Source of the DNA: an uncultured Candidatus Bathyarchaeia archaeon
Lineage (GTDB): Archaea > Thermoproteota > Bathyarchaeia > Bathyarchaeales > Bathyarchaeaceae
Length of the DNA stretch: 64,000 bases
Direction of reading: 5' to 3'
Assembly (NCBI GenBank): GCA_964503065.1
Contig: CAZCYX010000002.1
Location: forward strand, 118-64,117
Under the pieces are notes generated by a model that saw nothing but the letters and a program-made list of their open reading frames with translations, had not been told where the DNA came from and searched no databases. This document shows, one piece after another, positions 40,074-49,460 of the stretch. The translations under genes were made by a program, and so were the position numbers. Position 1 is the stretch's first letter. The number at the start of each line of letters is the position of its first letter.

Positions 40074-40439
40074 ATGGACATCAGTTACGAACCCTTCAAA
40101 AAAGTTGCAGTATTAGAGTGCAACAAATTCCCATCCCCAGACGACCTAGCAAGATTCGCTAACATTGCGGCAGGAGGAAAAACAACAGGCATTTACTGGG
40201 CGGAAGGAGTTACCTTCATTTACTTCCCCGTACCAACAACCACTGAAACTACTGTTAAAGCTCTCATCGAAGAAAAGAAGGTCTACTGGGCCTTTGTAAG
40301 TTATGCGCTCATGCCCATATACCGCCCATTAATAGAAACCAAAGAAAAAATCATTGTTCCAGTCATCAATATGTCTACAAGTCCTCTATTCCAAAAAGTG
40401 GCTCATTGGCTAAAGAACCGTGAAGGCAAGACTACCTAG
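40074..40439 (+). CDS. Conserved hypothetical protein
   Basis: MDISYEPFKK..WAEGV pattern; AGAGG RBS before ATG 40074. Confidence 0.7.
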   Translation: MDISYEPFKKVAVLECNKFPSPDDLARFANIAAGGKTTGIYWAEGVTFIYFPVPTTTETTVKALIEEKKVYWAFVSYALMPIYRPLIETKEKIIVPVINMSTSPLFQKVAHWLKNREGKTT

Positions 40440-41943
40440 AAACAATCGTCTGAACATCCCTCGTAAAAAGAAAAGCATCCAAATACTCTTCAAAACAATC
40501 ATATTTTTTCAAATATTGCCCATAGTCAACTAGAGCTGCCATTGCCCGAGCAGCATCCTCTGGCGACGAATAAGACGGAACCCCTAGTTTATCAAACCTA
40601 GACCGAATGTATAAAGCCATTTCAGTCTCACCAATGGCACAGGCTACAATAGGTTTAGTATAGTTTTTTGATAGATTCGCCACTCTGTCAATAAAGTCTT
40701 CTTGCAATGAAGGGGTGTGATGCATTCCAAGTAAAAGAATTCCATGAATATCAGGATCATCAAAAGCTATCTTAGTGCTCAACTCAAACATCTCAGAAGT
40801 CACGGAGCCTGTAAGATCAACTGGGTTCAGATTAGTTGCGAAGGAAGGAATTTTGCCTTCCTTTTTTAATTTTTCAAATTTTTGAATGGTCTCATCAGAA
40901 AAACTTTTCACGGTGAGCCCTTTAGATACGCTTTCATCTACTGCCATGACACCAGGTCCACCCGCATCAGTGATTACAGCAACATTCTTTCCTTCTGCAG
41001 GTGGTTGAAAGGCTAACGCTTTACCTACATCAAAGAACTCCTCCATATCCTTCACTCTAATGACGCCAACCTGCCCGAAAACACTGTCATAGATTTCATC
41101 AGAGCCCGCAATAGCTCCAGTGTGAGACATAGCAGCCCTCGCTCCAGCCTTTGTCTTCCCAGTTTTAAGGGCAGCTATAGGCTTCTTCTTCGTAACCTCT
41201 CTCGCAACCTTCATGAATTTTCTTCCATCATCTATACTTTCGGCATAAAAGAGAATAACCCTCGTCTTTTCATCGTACAAGAGATAATGAAGCATTTCGG
41301 ACTCGTCTACGTCACATTTGTTACCAAAACTCACAAACTTACTTACACCTAACTGCTTACCAGCCAAATAGTCTAGTGCTGAGACGCCGAAGGCTCCACT
41401 TTGAGTGACGATGGCTATGTGACCTGTCATAGGGCGAGGAGTGGCAACCATCTCATCTCCAGTGCTAAGAACCTTTGTCTCAGGCAGAAAAAGCATATCA
41501 ACGCCAGTTTGGGAATCATAAACCCCTAGACAGTTGGGCCCAAGGATCCGTATTCCAGCCTTTTTTGCAATCATTGTCACTTCTTCTTCGAGCTTTTGGT
41601 TTCCAACTTCACTAAAACCACCGCTGATTATTACTGCCACTTTTACTCCTTTGAGGGCTGCTTCTGTCATTACCTTTGGAACCGCTTCTGCTGGAACCAC
41701 TATGACAACAAGTTCAACTTCTTCCTTGATGTCAGCAATTGATGGATAACATTTAAACCCGAGAATGAATTCTTCACGGGGATTTACCGGGTACAATTCT
41801 CCTTTAAATAAGCCTCTTCGTTTGTTGTCGACAAAATTTTTGAAGATGACGTGACCAGCTTTCATAATTTTTCGTGAGGCACCTACAACTGCAACTGATT
41901 TTGGGTCGAAAAATAGGTTCATTTGCCGAATGGCGAACTCCAT
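40432..41943 (-). CDS. acdA: Acetate-CoA ligase (ADP-forming) alpha subunit
   Basis: PKSVAVVGAS, ILGPNCLG, SQSG-like TQSGA, SHTGAIAG phospho-His, NPVDLTG. Confidence 0.9.
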   Translation of the reverse strand: MEFAIRQMNLFFDPKSVAVVGASRKIMKAGHVIFKNFVDNKRRGLFKGELYPVNPREEFILGFKCYPSIADIKEEVELVVIVVPAEAVPKVMTEAALKGVKVAVIISGGFSEVGNQKLEEEVTMIAKKAGIRILGPNCLGVYDSQTGVDMLFLPETKVLSTGDEMVATPRPMTGHIAIVTQSGAFGVSALDYLAGKQLGVSKFVSFGNKCDVDESEMLHYLLYDEKTRVILFYAESIDDGRKFMKVAREVTKKKPIAALKTGKTKAGARAAMSHTGAIAGSDEIYDSVFGQVGVIRVKDMEEFFDVGKALAFQPPAEGKNVAVITDAGGPGVMAVDESVSKGLTVKSFSDETIQKFEKLKKEGKIPSFATNLNPVDLTGSVTSEMFELSTKIAFDDPDIHGILLLGMHHTPSLQEDFIDRVANLSKNYTKPIVACAIGETEMALYIRSRFDKLGVPSYSSPEDAARAMAALVDYGQYLKKYDCFEEYLDAFLFTRDVQTIVSR

Positions 41944-42005
41944 CTTACATCCTTCTTGTTAGTTAACGAACTTTCCAAATATTTTCTTATTCATATATTC
42001 AAGTT

Positions 42006-42875
42006 TTACCCTTCTTTGGTACAAAGCCTTACGATAACAATGGGCTTGTGCTCTACTTTGTCAAGCATCTCCCATGAAACACCAGTTAAAGAAACATCGA
42101 ATCTTTCAGCCATATCCCAAACGGTTCTTCCAGCTCCAAACCCTCTAGAACGGTTAGCGATTTTCGCGATTTCAAGAGCTTCCTCAGCTCCCATTTCAGA
42201 ACCCGCAATTGCGACTGGCGTGGCTCTTTGTTTTATCCTAAAAAATCTTCCGAATACATAAGCTGAGAAACCTCCAAACGAATGTACCCGATCAATAGGT
42301 TTGGGACGTGGAGTAAAATGAAAACCTCTTATAGAATACGTTTTATCCGTATCCACTATCATTACAGTCACATCCTTTCCTAATCTTGACTTTATATGGT
42401 CACAAATCTTTTGTGCTATTTGGTGAGCGTTTTTTAGAGGAAGACTAACATAGGAGTACGGTAGGTTACTTCCATCGATGCCTCCCTCCGACCCATGCAT
42501 CAGGGACTGCAAAAAACCTGCACATTGTAAGGCCACTTGCTTGTGGATACTTCCTTCCTTCACTGGGTATGTCTTAAAGTGATGGATTGTCCTCTTTCTT
42601 AGATGACATAAAGGTCCTAGAATGTAGCCCCAAACATAACGCATCCAGTATTTAGCGAGAAAGCGGGCCAATAGGCTTGCTCTGACATTTTCTTCGTCAA
42701 TAAGGTTACCTAATGCGGTGGAAACGGCTTTTTCAGAGATGGTTACGATGTCTCCGTCATCAACTTTGTGTCCTATGGAATCAGTTATTCTTTGAAGATA
42801 ATTCTCTCCTGGCTTCCAGTATGAAGTTGTTATAACAGACGCTTTGTACTTGCTGGGCACTTGTATCACGATCAC
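42006..42875 (-). CDS. CofE-like (F420-0:gamma-glutamyl ligase family) protein
   Basis: GDIVTISEKAVS, GGIDGSN, VMIVDTD, G.GAG.T...PIVIVR. Confidence 0.7.
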   Translation of the reverse strand: MIVIQVPSKYKASVITTSYWKPGENYLQRITDSIGHKVDDGDIVTISEKAVSTALGNLIDEENVRASLLARFLAKYWMRYVWGYILGPLCHLRKRTIHHFKTYPVKEGSIHKQVALQCAGFLQSLMHGSEGGIDGSNLPYSYVSLPLKNAHQIAQKICDHIKSRLGKDVTVMIVDTDKTYSIRGFHFTPRPKPIDRVHSFGGFSAYVFGRFFRIKQRATPVAIAGSEMGAEEALEIAKIANRSRGFGAGRTVWDMAERFDVSLTGVSWEMLDKVEHKPIVIVRLCTKEG

Positions 42876-42986
42876 GGTTATATTTCATCTCTCTAAGTGG
42901 AGTCCAACTAAATACATAAAATATTCATCATTAATATACAACACCGACTACATTTATGAAAGAAGAAGCCTCTGAGGCAACTTACA

Positions 42987-43436
42987 ATGTCTCAAAAGTC
43001 TGAAACTCCATCGAGCGCTGACATATATCAACTCCTTTCAGAGGCTTCAAAAAAGAAAAAGAAGGAGAAGAGGGCTCAACTCCTCCAGCCTACTGGTATA
43101 AAAGAATTCTTTGAAGAAGGCAGCATAAGCATCGATAAAAGAACCTGTGAAGGGGTCGAATGTAAACTTTGCATCAAGGCATGTCCAACCAATGCGCTTT
43201 ATTGGAAATCAGGAGAAGTTGGTATCGTTGAAGAATTATGTGTATTCTGTACAGCATGTGTCTCTAATTGTATTGTTGACAACTGCATTCGAGTGAGCAG
43301 AAGGCGTCCTAACGAAGATATAGAGAAGTTTAGTACTCCAAGAGATGTTTTGATGCTTTTGGGCGACATTAGTTTCCGAAAGAGAAAAAGCAGAGTAGAG
43401 TCACGATTTCCAACTGCAGAAGCTTATCTTGAATGA
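42987..43436 (+). CDS. 4Fe-4S dicluster protein
   Basis: CEGVECKLCIKACP and CVFCTACVSNC. Confidence 0.85.
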   Translation: MSQKSETPSSADIYQLLSEASKKKKKEKRAQLLQPTGIKEFFEEGSISIDKRTCEGVECKLCIKACPTNALYWKSGEVGIVEELCVFCTACVSNCIVDNCIRVSRRRPNEDIEKFSTPRDVLMLLGDISFRKRKSRVESRFPTAEAYLE

Positions 43437-43582
43437 TACAGCAAGTAGTTTTTCGCTTTGAAACTACTATTATTTTATAGCCTGACTTTGTGTACACCAT
43501 AGCTGTAGCTCCCATCTTTATTTTGGTTTCATAAGTCTAAAGTATTCAGAAAACAGAAACCCTTAACATACTCTTTGGAGGG

Positions 43583-43933
43583 ATGAAAAAATTGCAAACA
43601 AAAAGTGCATTGGATGTTAGAACTGTTATTGTAGTTGCCTCCTTAGTAGCGTTGGCGGCATTGGCTGTGTGGAGTATTGGACTTTGGCTAGCCTCAACCC
43701 AATCCTTGCAGAATCAAATGGATCAGTTGATAGCAGAGAGGAATAGTTTACAAACTCAAGTAACTAACTTGCAAAACCAAATTGCATCGTTGAACATGCA
43801 GTTAGCCGAGCAACAAGAAGAAATCGAAAACTTGGACATGTTGGTGACAGTTTACCGCAATGATATTGCAGACCTACTTGAACTACTTTACCCCAAGCAG
43901 GGAGGAGTTTCTGCACACGCTCAACTTCGATAA
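43583..43933 (+). CDS. Single-TM coiled-coil protein
   Basis: GGAGG RBS; TM segment then heptad LQTQVTNLQNQIASL. Confidence 0.7.
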   Translation: MKKLQTKSALDVRTVIVVASLVALAALAVWSIGLWLASTQSLQNQMDQLIAERNSLQTQVTNLQNQIASLNMQLAEQQEEIENLDMLVTVYRNDIADLLELLYPKQGGVSAHAQLR

Positions 43934-44523
43934 AAGACAACTGACACAAGAGCAAAGGGACACCTTAAGAAGCATAGACTGACTGTTACGAACTTGATGT
44001 AATAGAGCTTAAAATGCTTCTCTAATGTTAGTCGCAAAAGGTTAAAATTCTAACTAAGACGTTTGATATTGGAAAAACAACAAACAGGGATTTGCTTCCA
44101 TTTTTCTTGTAGAAACCTTGGAATGCCCGAAGGGTCTCGCCGCTTTGCCACATAATAATTTTTGTGTTTGACTTTCTTTTCATTTTTTGTTTCTTTAACA
44201 GTGTCAGCTACTTTATCGGCTATTAACTTTCGATCTGTGTCAATTACTAACAGGTAGAGTTTATTCAAACAGATTTTGTATCGGATTCCACTGTATGGTG
44301 AGAGCAAAGTCCGTTGTAAACATCACCAATGAATTTTTCATCAGGCTTTCCTAAGATTCTTATACCTAGTTCTCAGACCTCTAACGATAAATATCTGTAA
44401 CCGTTAACTGTCTGGATTTAAGCTTCAATGAAAACGAATGGAGAGATTTAGATTGGTTAAGAAGTTGAAGTTGGCGCGTTCCAGAGAAGCGCACAAAAAT
44501 TCAACTTAGCTGAGGTAAAGCAT

Positions 44524-45084
44524 ATGGTCTTGTACAGATTCGAAGGTAAGGAGCCAAAAATTGGTAAAGGAACATACGTGAGCCACAGTGCAGAAGTGAT
44601 TGGAGATGTCACAATTGGAAAACAATGCTACATAGGACCAGGCGCAAGGATAAGAGGCGACTATGGAAGCATTCTGATAGGAAACAAAACCAGCATAGAA
44701 GAAAACTGTGTTCTGCATGCGAGACCCGGCGAAACATGTACAGTCGGTAACATGGTAACTGTGGGTCACGGTTCAATCTTACATAACTGTACAGTAAAAG
44801 ATTATGCAGTTATAGGCATGGGTGCAATCGTTAGCGACTACGCAGTCGTTGGCGTTTGGTCGGTGGTAGGCGAAGGGTGCGTCGTAAAAAACAAACAGGT
44901 CATAGAAGACCAAAAGATCGTTGTTGGCATACCCGCAAAAATTGTAGGCGAAGTGTCAAGAGACTATCAAAAATTATGGACGAGCTACAAAAACTTGTAC
45001 GCTAAACTTGCATTAAGATACCCAGAGAAACTGGAGATAGTCAACAGGTTTCACAGTTCCAAAGGGATTTTCACGAGTGAATAA
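44524..45084 (+). CDS. Gamma-carbonic anhydrase family (YrdA-like) hexapeptide-repeat protein
   Basis: VIGDVTIG, IRGDYGSI, VLHA, VGHGSILHNC Zn-His pattern. Confidence 0.9.
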   Translation: MVLYRFEGKEPKIGKGTYVSHSAEVIGDVTIGKQCYIGPGARIRGDYGSILIGNKTSIEENCVLHARPGETCTVGNMVTVGHGSILHNCTVKDYAVIGMGAIVSDYAVVGVWSVVGEGCVVKNKQVIEDQKIVVGIPAKIVGEVSRDYQKLWTSYKNLYAKLALRYPEKLEIVNRFHSSKGIFTSE

Positions 45085-45141
45085 GAATAACTCTTATTGT
45101 ATTTTTTACAACATTGCACTGGAGTAATGGGGTCGTAAATC

Positions 45142-45957
45142 ATGCACGCAAGGATTCCAATAGTAAGTGTGGTAGGTCGTAAGGACTCTGGGAAAACGAC
45201 CGTTATAGAAAGCGTAGTTCAGGAGCTGACTCAAAGAGGGTACCATGTGGGGACGGCTAAACATGTTAACCAAAAGGGGTTTTCAATAGACACTGAAGGA
45301 AAGGACACGTGGAGACACTCAAGAGCTGGCGCGAACCCTGTAGCTAGCGTCTCTGACATAGAAACAGCTGTATTAATAAGAGATGGAGAAGACCAGTTTT
45401 CCCCAGATCAGTTGTTTAGGTTCACCTCCGAGATCGACGTGATAGTGCTTGAGGGTTTTTCTCGCTTGGTTTTAGACGACAAAAATATAGGCAAAATACT
45501 GTGCGTCAGAAGCAGAGAGGAATACAAGGATTTTAGAGAAAAGGCAAAGGGAAAGATCATCGCCGTTTGCTCTGCTCGTCCCATGGGCAAACCGGTTCTG
45601 AGGATAAAGGAGGACTCGCCGATTTTGGTTGGACGAGCACTAAGATACATAGAGAGGGAACGGAAGATATCATCGATCCTCAGTCGTCTTCCAGAGCTGA
45701 ACTGTGGAAAGTGTGGGTACTCATCATGCGAGGAGATGGCAGTAGCTATCCATAAGAGAAAGGCAAAATTAAGCGACTGTGTTACCTTGAAGCTTAGGTC
45801 AAAACTGAGAACTCGGATAACAATTAACGACGCTGAGATTCCTATCCAACCCTTTGTATCAGAGATCATCCGTAACACACTTTTAGGTATGGTCTCAACT
45901 TTGAAGGGAGTTTCTATAAAAGGAAACGAGGAAATCTGCGTGAAAATATTGAGCTAA
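45142..45957 (+). CDS. mobB: Molybdopterin-guanine dinucleotide biosynthesis protein B with C-terminal FeS domain
   Basis: VVGRKDSGKTT, KDTWRHSRAGA, LEGF; LPELNCGKCGYSSC. Confidence 0.85.
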   Translation: MHARIPIVSVVGRKDSGKTTVIESVVQELTQRGYHVGTAKHVNQKGFSIDTEGKDTWRHSRAGANPVASVSDIETAVLIRDGEDQFSPDQLFRFTSEIDVIVLEGFSRLVLDDKNIGKILCVRSREEYKDFREKAKGKIIAVCSARPMGKPVLRIKEDSPILVGRALRYIERERKISSILSRLPELNCGKCGYSSCEEMAVAIHKRKAKLSDCVTLKLRSKLRTRITINDAEIPIQPFVSEIIRNTLLGMVSTLKGVSIKGNEEICVKILS

Positions 45958-46156
45958 GACGCTGAGATAAGTTCTGACACATCTCCCTTTTCTAAGGAAG
46001 TTTTAACGAATTAAACAAAAAAACTACAAAATGCTATTTAGCAATGTTATACAACATATAAAATCTGCTGAAATCACTGTGTGCTAAAAGTGGAAGCTAA
46101 AAAACACAAAATTGATGAGGAGTTTATGCTCGATGAGAAAAAAAGGTGACTGACAG

Positions 46157-46867
46157 ATGGAGATAAAGGGAGTTATTGACCTCAGCTTCGTGGATTGGGA
46201 TGGAAAAGTCTCCTCTGTCTTCTTTCTTCCATATTGCAATTTTCGTTGCCCATTCTGTCATAACGCCACTCTTGTTCTTCATCCCGAAGAGGAGGAGACA
46301 ACTCCGTTTGAACGAATAGAAGCTTACTTGAAGAAGCAAAGAGACTGGATCGATGGAATATGCATCACGGGGGGAGAACCTACGCTTCACAGCGACTTGC
46401 CAGACCTCTGCTCAAAACTGAAAGAAATGGGCTTCCTAGTTAAGATAGACACGAACGGAACCAACCCAGTGATGGTGAAAGGACTGATTGACAAGGAACT
46501 TGCTGACTACATAGCCATGGATATCAAGTCTCCGCTGACTGTGGAAAAATATTCTAAGGCAATAGGTGTCAACGCGGAGAACCTTCTTAGGAAAGTGAAG
46601 GAGACCATAAGAGTCTTGCTGGAGTCTAAGATAGATTATGAGTTCAGAACCACTGTAGTTCCCACGCTTCACGAGAAGGAGGACATAGAAGAAATATGCC
46701 GCAGTATAAAAGACTGCAAGAAATACGTTTTACAGAAGTTCGACGTTAGTCTCGGAAAGGAAACTCTAGACCCAGACTTTAGCAAGTTGAAACCTTTCAC
46801 GGACGAGGAAATGAGAATATTTCTAACAATAGCTGAAAAATTTCTTCCAAATACAAAACTAAGATAA
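46157..46867 (+). CDS. Anaerobic ribonucleotide reductase activating-enzyme-like radical SAM protein (NrdG family)
   Basis: SFVDWDGK, CNFRCPFCHN, ITGGEPT, KIDTNGT, YEFRTT. Confidence 0.88.
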   Translation: MEIKGVIDLSFVDWDGKVSSVFFLPYCNFRCPFCHNATLVLHPEEEETTPFERIEAYLKKQRDWIDGICITGGEPTLHSDLPDLCSKLKEMGFLVKIDTNGTNPVMVKGLIDKELADYIAMDIKSPLTVEKYSKAIGVNAENLLRKVKETIRVLLESKIDYEFRTTVVPTLHEKEDIEEICRSIKDCKKYVLQKFDVSLGKETLDPDFSKLKPFTDEEMRIFLTIAEKFLPNTKLR

Positions 46868-46878
46868 ATCCTTGGCTT

Positions 46879-47394
46879 TCACATGAGTATCACTTTTTCA
46901 AGTCTTTTGCATGTCGACTCTACTATTTCCTTATCAATGTAGACTCCTATCATTGGAATTTTATCCAAGCGTCTAACTCTTAGTTCTTCCAAAAGCTCTT
47001 GCATAAAAATTCCCCGAGTTGTATCACTGTCATCTATAGTCTGTGACGCTTCAATGGCACACGATGGAGAGTGTTCTACACCAATAATAGCAACAATTTG
47101 ATAATGGTTTCTAACATATTTGTCAACTAGTTCTGCAACTTGCTCTGCACATTTTCTGCAAACACTCCGGAACTCTTTATTATCATACCAGTTCCTTGGA
47201 TGAGGTATTCTGTCAAGATTTGTGTAGAGCATCTCTGGACAGGGCATCTGAACAATACCTATCCCATACTTTGTCAAAATTTCCACTATCTCAGATACAG
47301 GACCAGAATACTTGGCTAAACCTTTAGCTCTAGCATTCTGATCTAGGAGGCAATATGCCAGAAATGCTACCCTTTTGCTTCTAACATCTTCCAT
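46879..47394 (-). CDS. DUF523/TudS-related putative desulfidase
   Basis: YCLLDQNARA.G, QMPCPE, SPSCA. Confidence 0.8.
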   Translation of the reverse strand: MEDVRSKRVAFLAYCLLDQNARAKGLAKYSGPVSEIVEILTKYGIGIVQMPCPEMLYTNLDRIPHPRNWYDNKEFRSVCRKCAEQVAELVDKYVRNHYQIVAIIGVEHSPSCAIEASQTIDDSDTTRGIFMQELLEELRVRRLDKIPMIGVYIDKEIVESTCKRLEKVILM

Positions 47395-47509
47395 ACTAAA
47401 ATCTCCTTGTCACTGAGGATTCCTGTAGTGCGCACTAAAGTTTCTCACTAGCTTTTTATCTGATTTTATACGTTAAATAAGTACTGGGCTCTCCATTTGA
47501 GGAAATACA

Positions 47510-47815
47510 ATGATAGAATTGTCACCTGAGCAAAAGGAAAAAGTGGAGAAGGTTATCAGTCAAGTCTCTGAAGAAGAAGACATGAATTGGTGGGAGGCTA
47601 GGGCACTGATCCACAAGTGTATCTGTGGTGGAAAGTGTGCATGGTATAAAACTAAAAGCGTGGAGGCTGGTTTCGACAGGCTAAGCATAACCGAGGAACA
47701 AAAGAATCGCGTGGAGGAAACGATTAGAAGAGTGATGGAAGGCTTGACATTGAAGAAGGCTAAATCATTGGTCCATGAATTCATCTGCCCAGGTCATCCA
47801 AGACCATCTAAATGA
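47510..47815 (+). CDS. Small protein with a tandemly duplicated helical module ending H-x-x-I-C-x-G
   Basis: GAGG RBS; internal repeat visible by eye. Confidence 0.7.
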   Translation: MIELSPEQKEKVEKVISQVSEEEDMNWWEARALIHKCICGGKCAWYKTKSVEAGFDRLSITEEQKNRVEETIRRVMEGLTLKKAKSLVHEFICPGHPRPSK

Positions 47816-47907
47816 CCAATGCGAATAAGTCGAAAGGTTACTTGCCTAAAATTTTTCCCCAAAGTTTTTATGTTATTTTGTGCATACTCACACAAAGGTG
47901 CTCTGAA

Positions 47908-48456
47908 ATGGGATACCCAACGCGATCTACGTTTCCTACTCATAGTGACTGTGCCAATTTTAGGAATGGATTGTGTATATTGAACGGTGTTGCCGTAGAC
48001 CCTAAAGGGACTGTTTGCCCAGATTTCACACCCAAGAGCACGATGACAATGCCCCGTGAAGTGTACCCGAAAGTTCTGGGACCCCGTCAGTTGTATCAAC
48101 CACAGACGACACATGGGTATCTACCTCATTATCCACCTCAGATTGGACCCAGTTTACCACATCCGTATGGCTACCACACATGGTATAACTCAGGTCCAGT
48201 CGCTTTGGGGCCGACAGCACTTGTACGAGGTGGTGCAAGCTTCCTCTTCATTTCGAGCGGTCGTGGAGGCGGAGGTGGAGGTAAACTAAGTGGTGGAGGT
48301 AGAGGCAGAGGAAGAATGGGAGGTGGGTTTGCAGCAGGACTTGGAGGCTTTTGCGTATGCCCCCGCTGTGGGTACCACACACCTCATGTGAGAGGTACAC
48401 CATGCTATCAACAAACCTGCCCTAAATGCGGAAGCAGGATGACAAGAGGAAGCTAG
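47908..48456 (+). CDS. Cys-rich/RGG-rich protein with C-terminal double zinc ribbon
   Basis: AGGTG RBS; HSDC..C..C, GGGRGRGRMGG, CVCPRCG...PC...CPKCG. Confidence 0.7.
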   Translation: MGYPTRSTFPTHSDCANFRNGLCILNGVAVDPKGTVCPDFTPKSTMTMPREVYPKVLGPRQLYQPQTTHGYLPHYPPQIGPSLPHPYGYHTWYNSGPVALGPTALVRGGASFLFISSGRGGGGGGKLSGGGRGRGRMGGGFAAGLGGFCVCPRCGYHTPHVRGTPCYQQTCPKCGSRMTRGS

Positions 48457-48557
48457 AGTAGCCATCAGGCCTTTTCCATAGCGAAGTTAAAGCATAGTTG
48501 AGTAGAAATGAAGGCTTAGCAATAGAGATAATAGTTCACTTATCTTAACATGTTTTT

Positions 48558-48734
48558 CTATCCGCAGCTTGTACATGTGCCGCCTGAGCCGGTAGTGCCA
48601 CATACCATACGATTTTTAGACCAAAGTTTTTTCCAGCACTCTTGGCAGACCATGATTTGACCTAAATCCTTGTGATTGGCTTGAAGTAAAGGTAGGTCTT
48701 CTCCATTCTTTCCGCAAAGCTTGCATTCTCCCAT
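48558..48734 (-). CDS. 58-aa Cys-rich microprotein (MGECKLCGKNGEDLPLLQANHKDLGQIMVCQECWKKLWSKNRMVCGTTGSGGTCTSCG)
   Basis: Manually translated in a frame not shown by the ORF track; three CxxC pairs; GAAGGT upstream. Confidence 0.7.
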   Translation of the reverse strand: MGECKLCGKNGEDLPLLQANHKDLGQIMVCQECWKKLWSKNRMVCGTTGSGGTCTSCG

Positions 48735-48861
48735 TTTTCCAACCTTCTCTTAAAATGTGCATATGCATAAAAATATACTTTACGCTTGCACAAGAATATA
48801 TAGCGAGTTTCATTTAGTGACCGGGAGATGACTCGGAAGATAACTTTAGAAACTGATTAAA

Positions 48862-49434
48862 ATGGAAACCTGCTATAATGAACTAGAGCCAAAGATTTAT
48901 AGAAAGATAGCGGAAACAATTCAACATGTAACGCCGATCTTGGATGTTGGTTGTGGAGACGGAAGGTTAGTTAATTTTTTAGCGTCGAAATTAGGGAAGA
49001 AGATTTTTGGGGTCGATGTTTCTGGCATTGATTTTGAGAAGGCGAGGAGGGAAGCCAAACTCAAGAATGTTTCTCATCTGGTAAAATATGTAAAGGCCGA
49101 TGCGAGCCATTTGGATATATTCGAGGATAAGTTCTTTGGCGGGGTCATTAGCGTCTATGCCCTACACGAGTTCAAGAATTCTCTAGTTTCTTTAAGAGAG
49201 ATAAGAAGAGTGTTAAAAACTGAAGGAAAAGTTGTAATCGTAGATTTTGTAAAGGGAGGCGACGCTGAGAGATTGTGGGGTGAAAGATACTACACACCCA
49301 TTGAAATTAAGTCTATGCTTAAGAACACTGGATTCAAAGAAGTGAAGATGAGTTTTTTGTATAATGATGTAGTACTTGCCTCCGCATCAAGAACCAACGC
49401 AGAACTACAATTGATAGAAAACGATGAAAACTAA
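48862..49434 (+). CDS. Class I SAM-dependent methyltransferase
   Basis: ILDVGCGDG, GVDVS, ADASHL, LKTEGKVVIVDF. Confidence 0.9.
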   Translation: METCYNELEPKIYRKIAETIQHVTPILDVGCGDGRLVNFLASKLGKKIFGVDVSGIDFEKARREAKLKNVSHLVKYVKADASHLDIFEDKFFGGVISVYALHEFKNSLVSLREIRRVLKTEGKVVIVDFVKGGDAERLWGERYYTPIEIKSMLKNTGFKEVKMSFLYNDVVLASASRTNAELQLIENDEN

Positions 49435-49460
49435 TATTGCATGCGGCGCGCTCGCTTACT

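Noticed and set aside
44050-44400. 85-aa minus-strand ORF and neighbouring open frames
   Set aside because: No RBS or motif; may be a decayed gene but cannot be supported
48616-48813. 65-aa track ORF on the minus strand
   Set aside because: The overlapping frame 48558..48734 encodes a far more plausible Cys-rich protein
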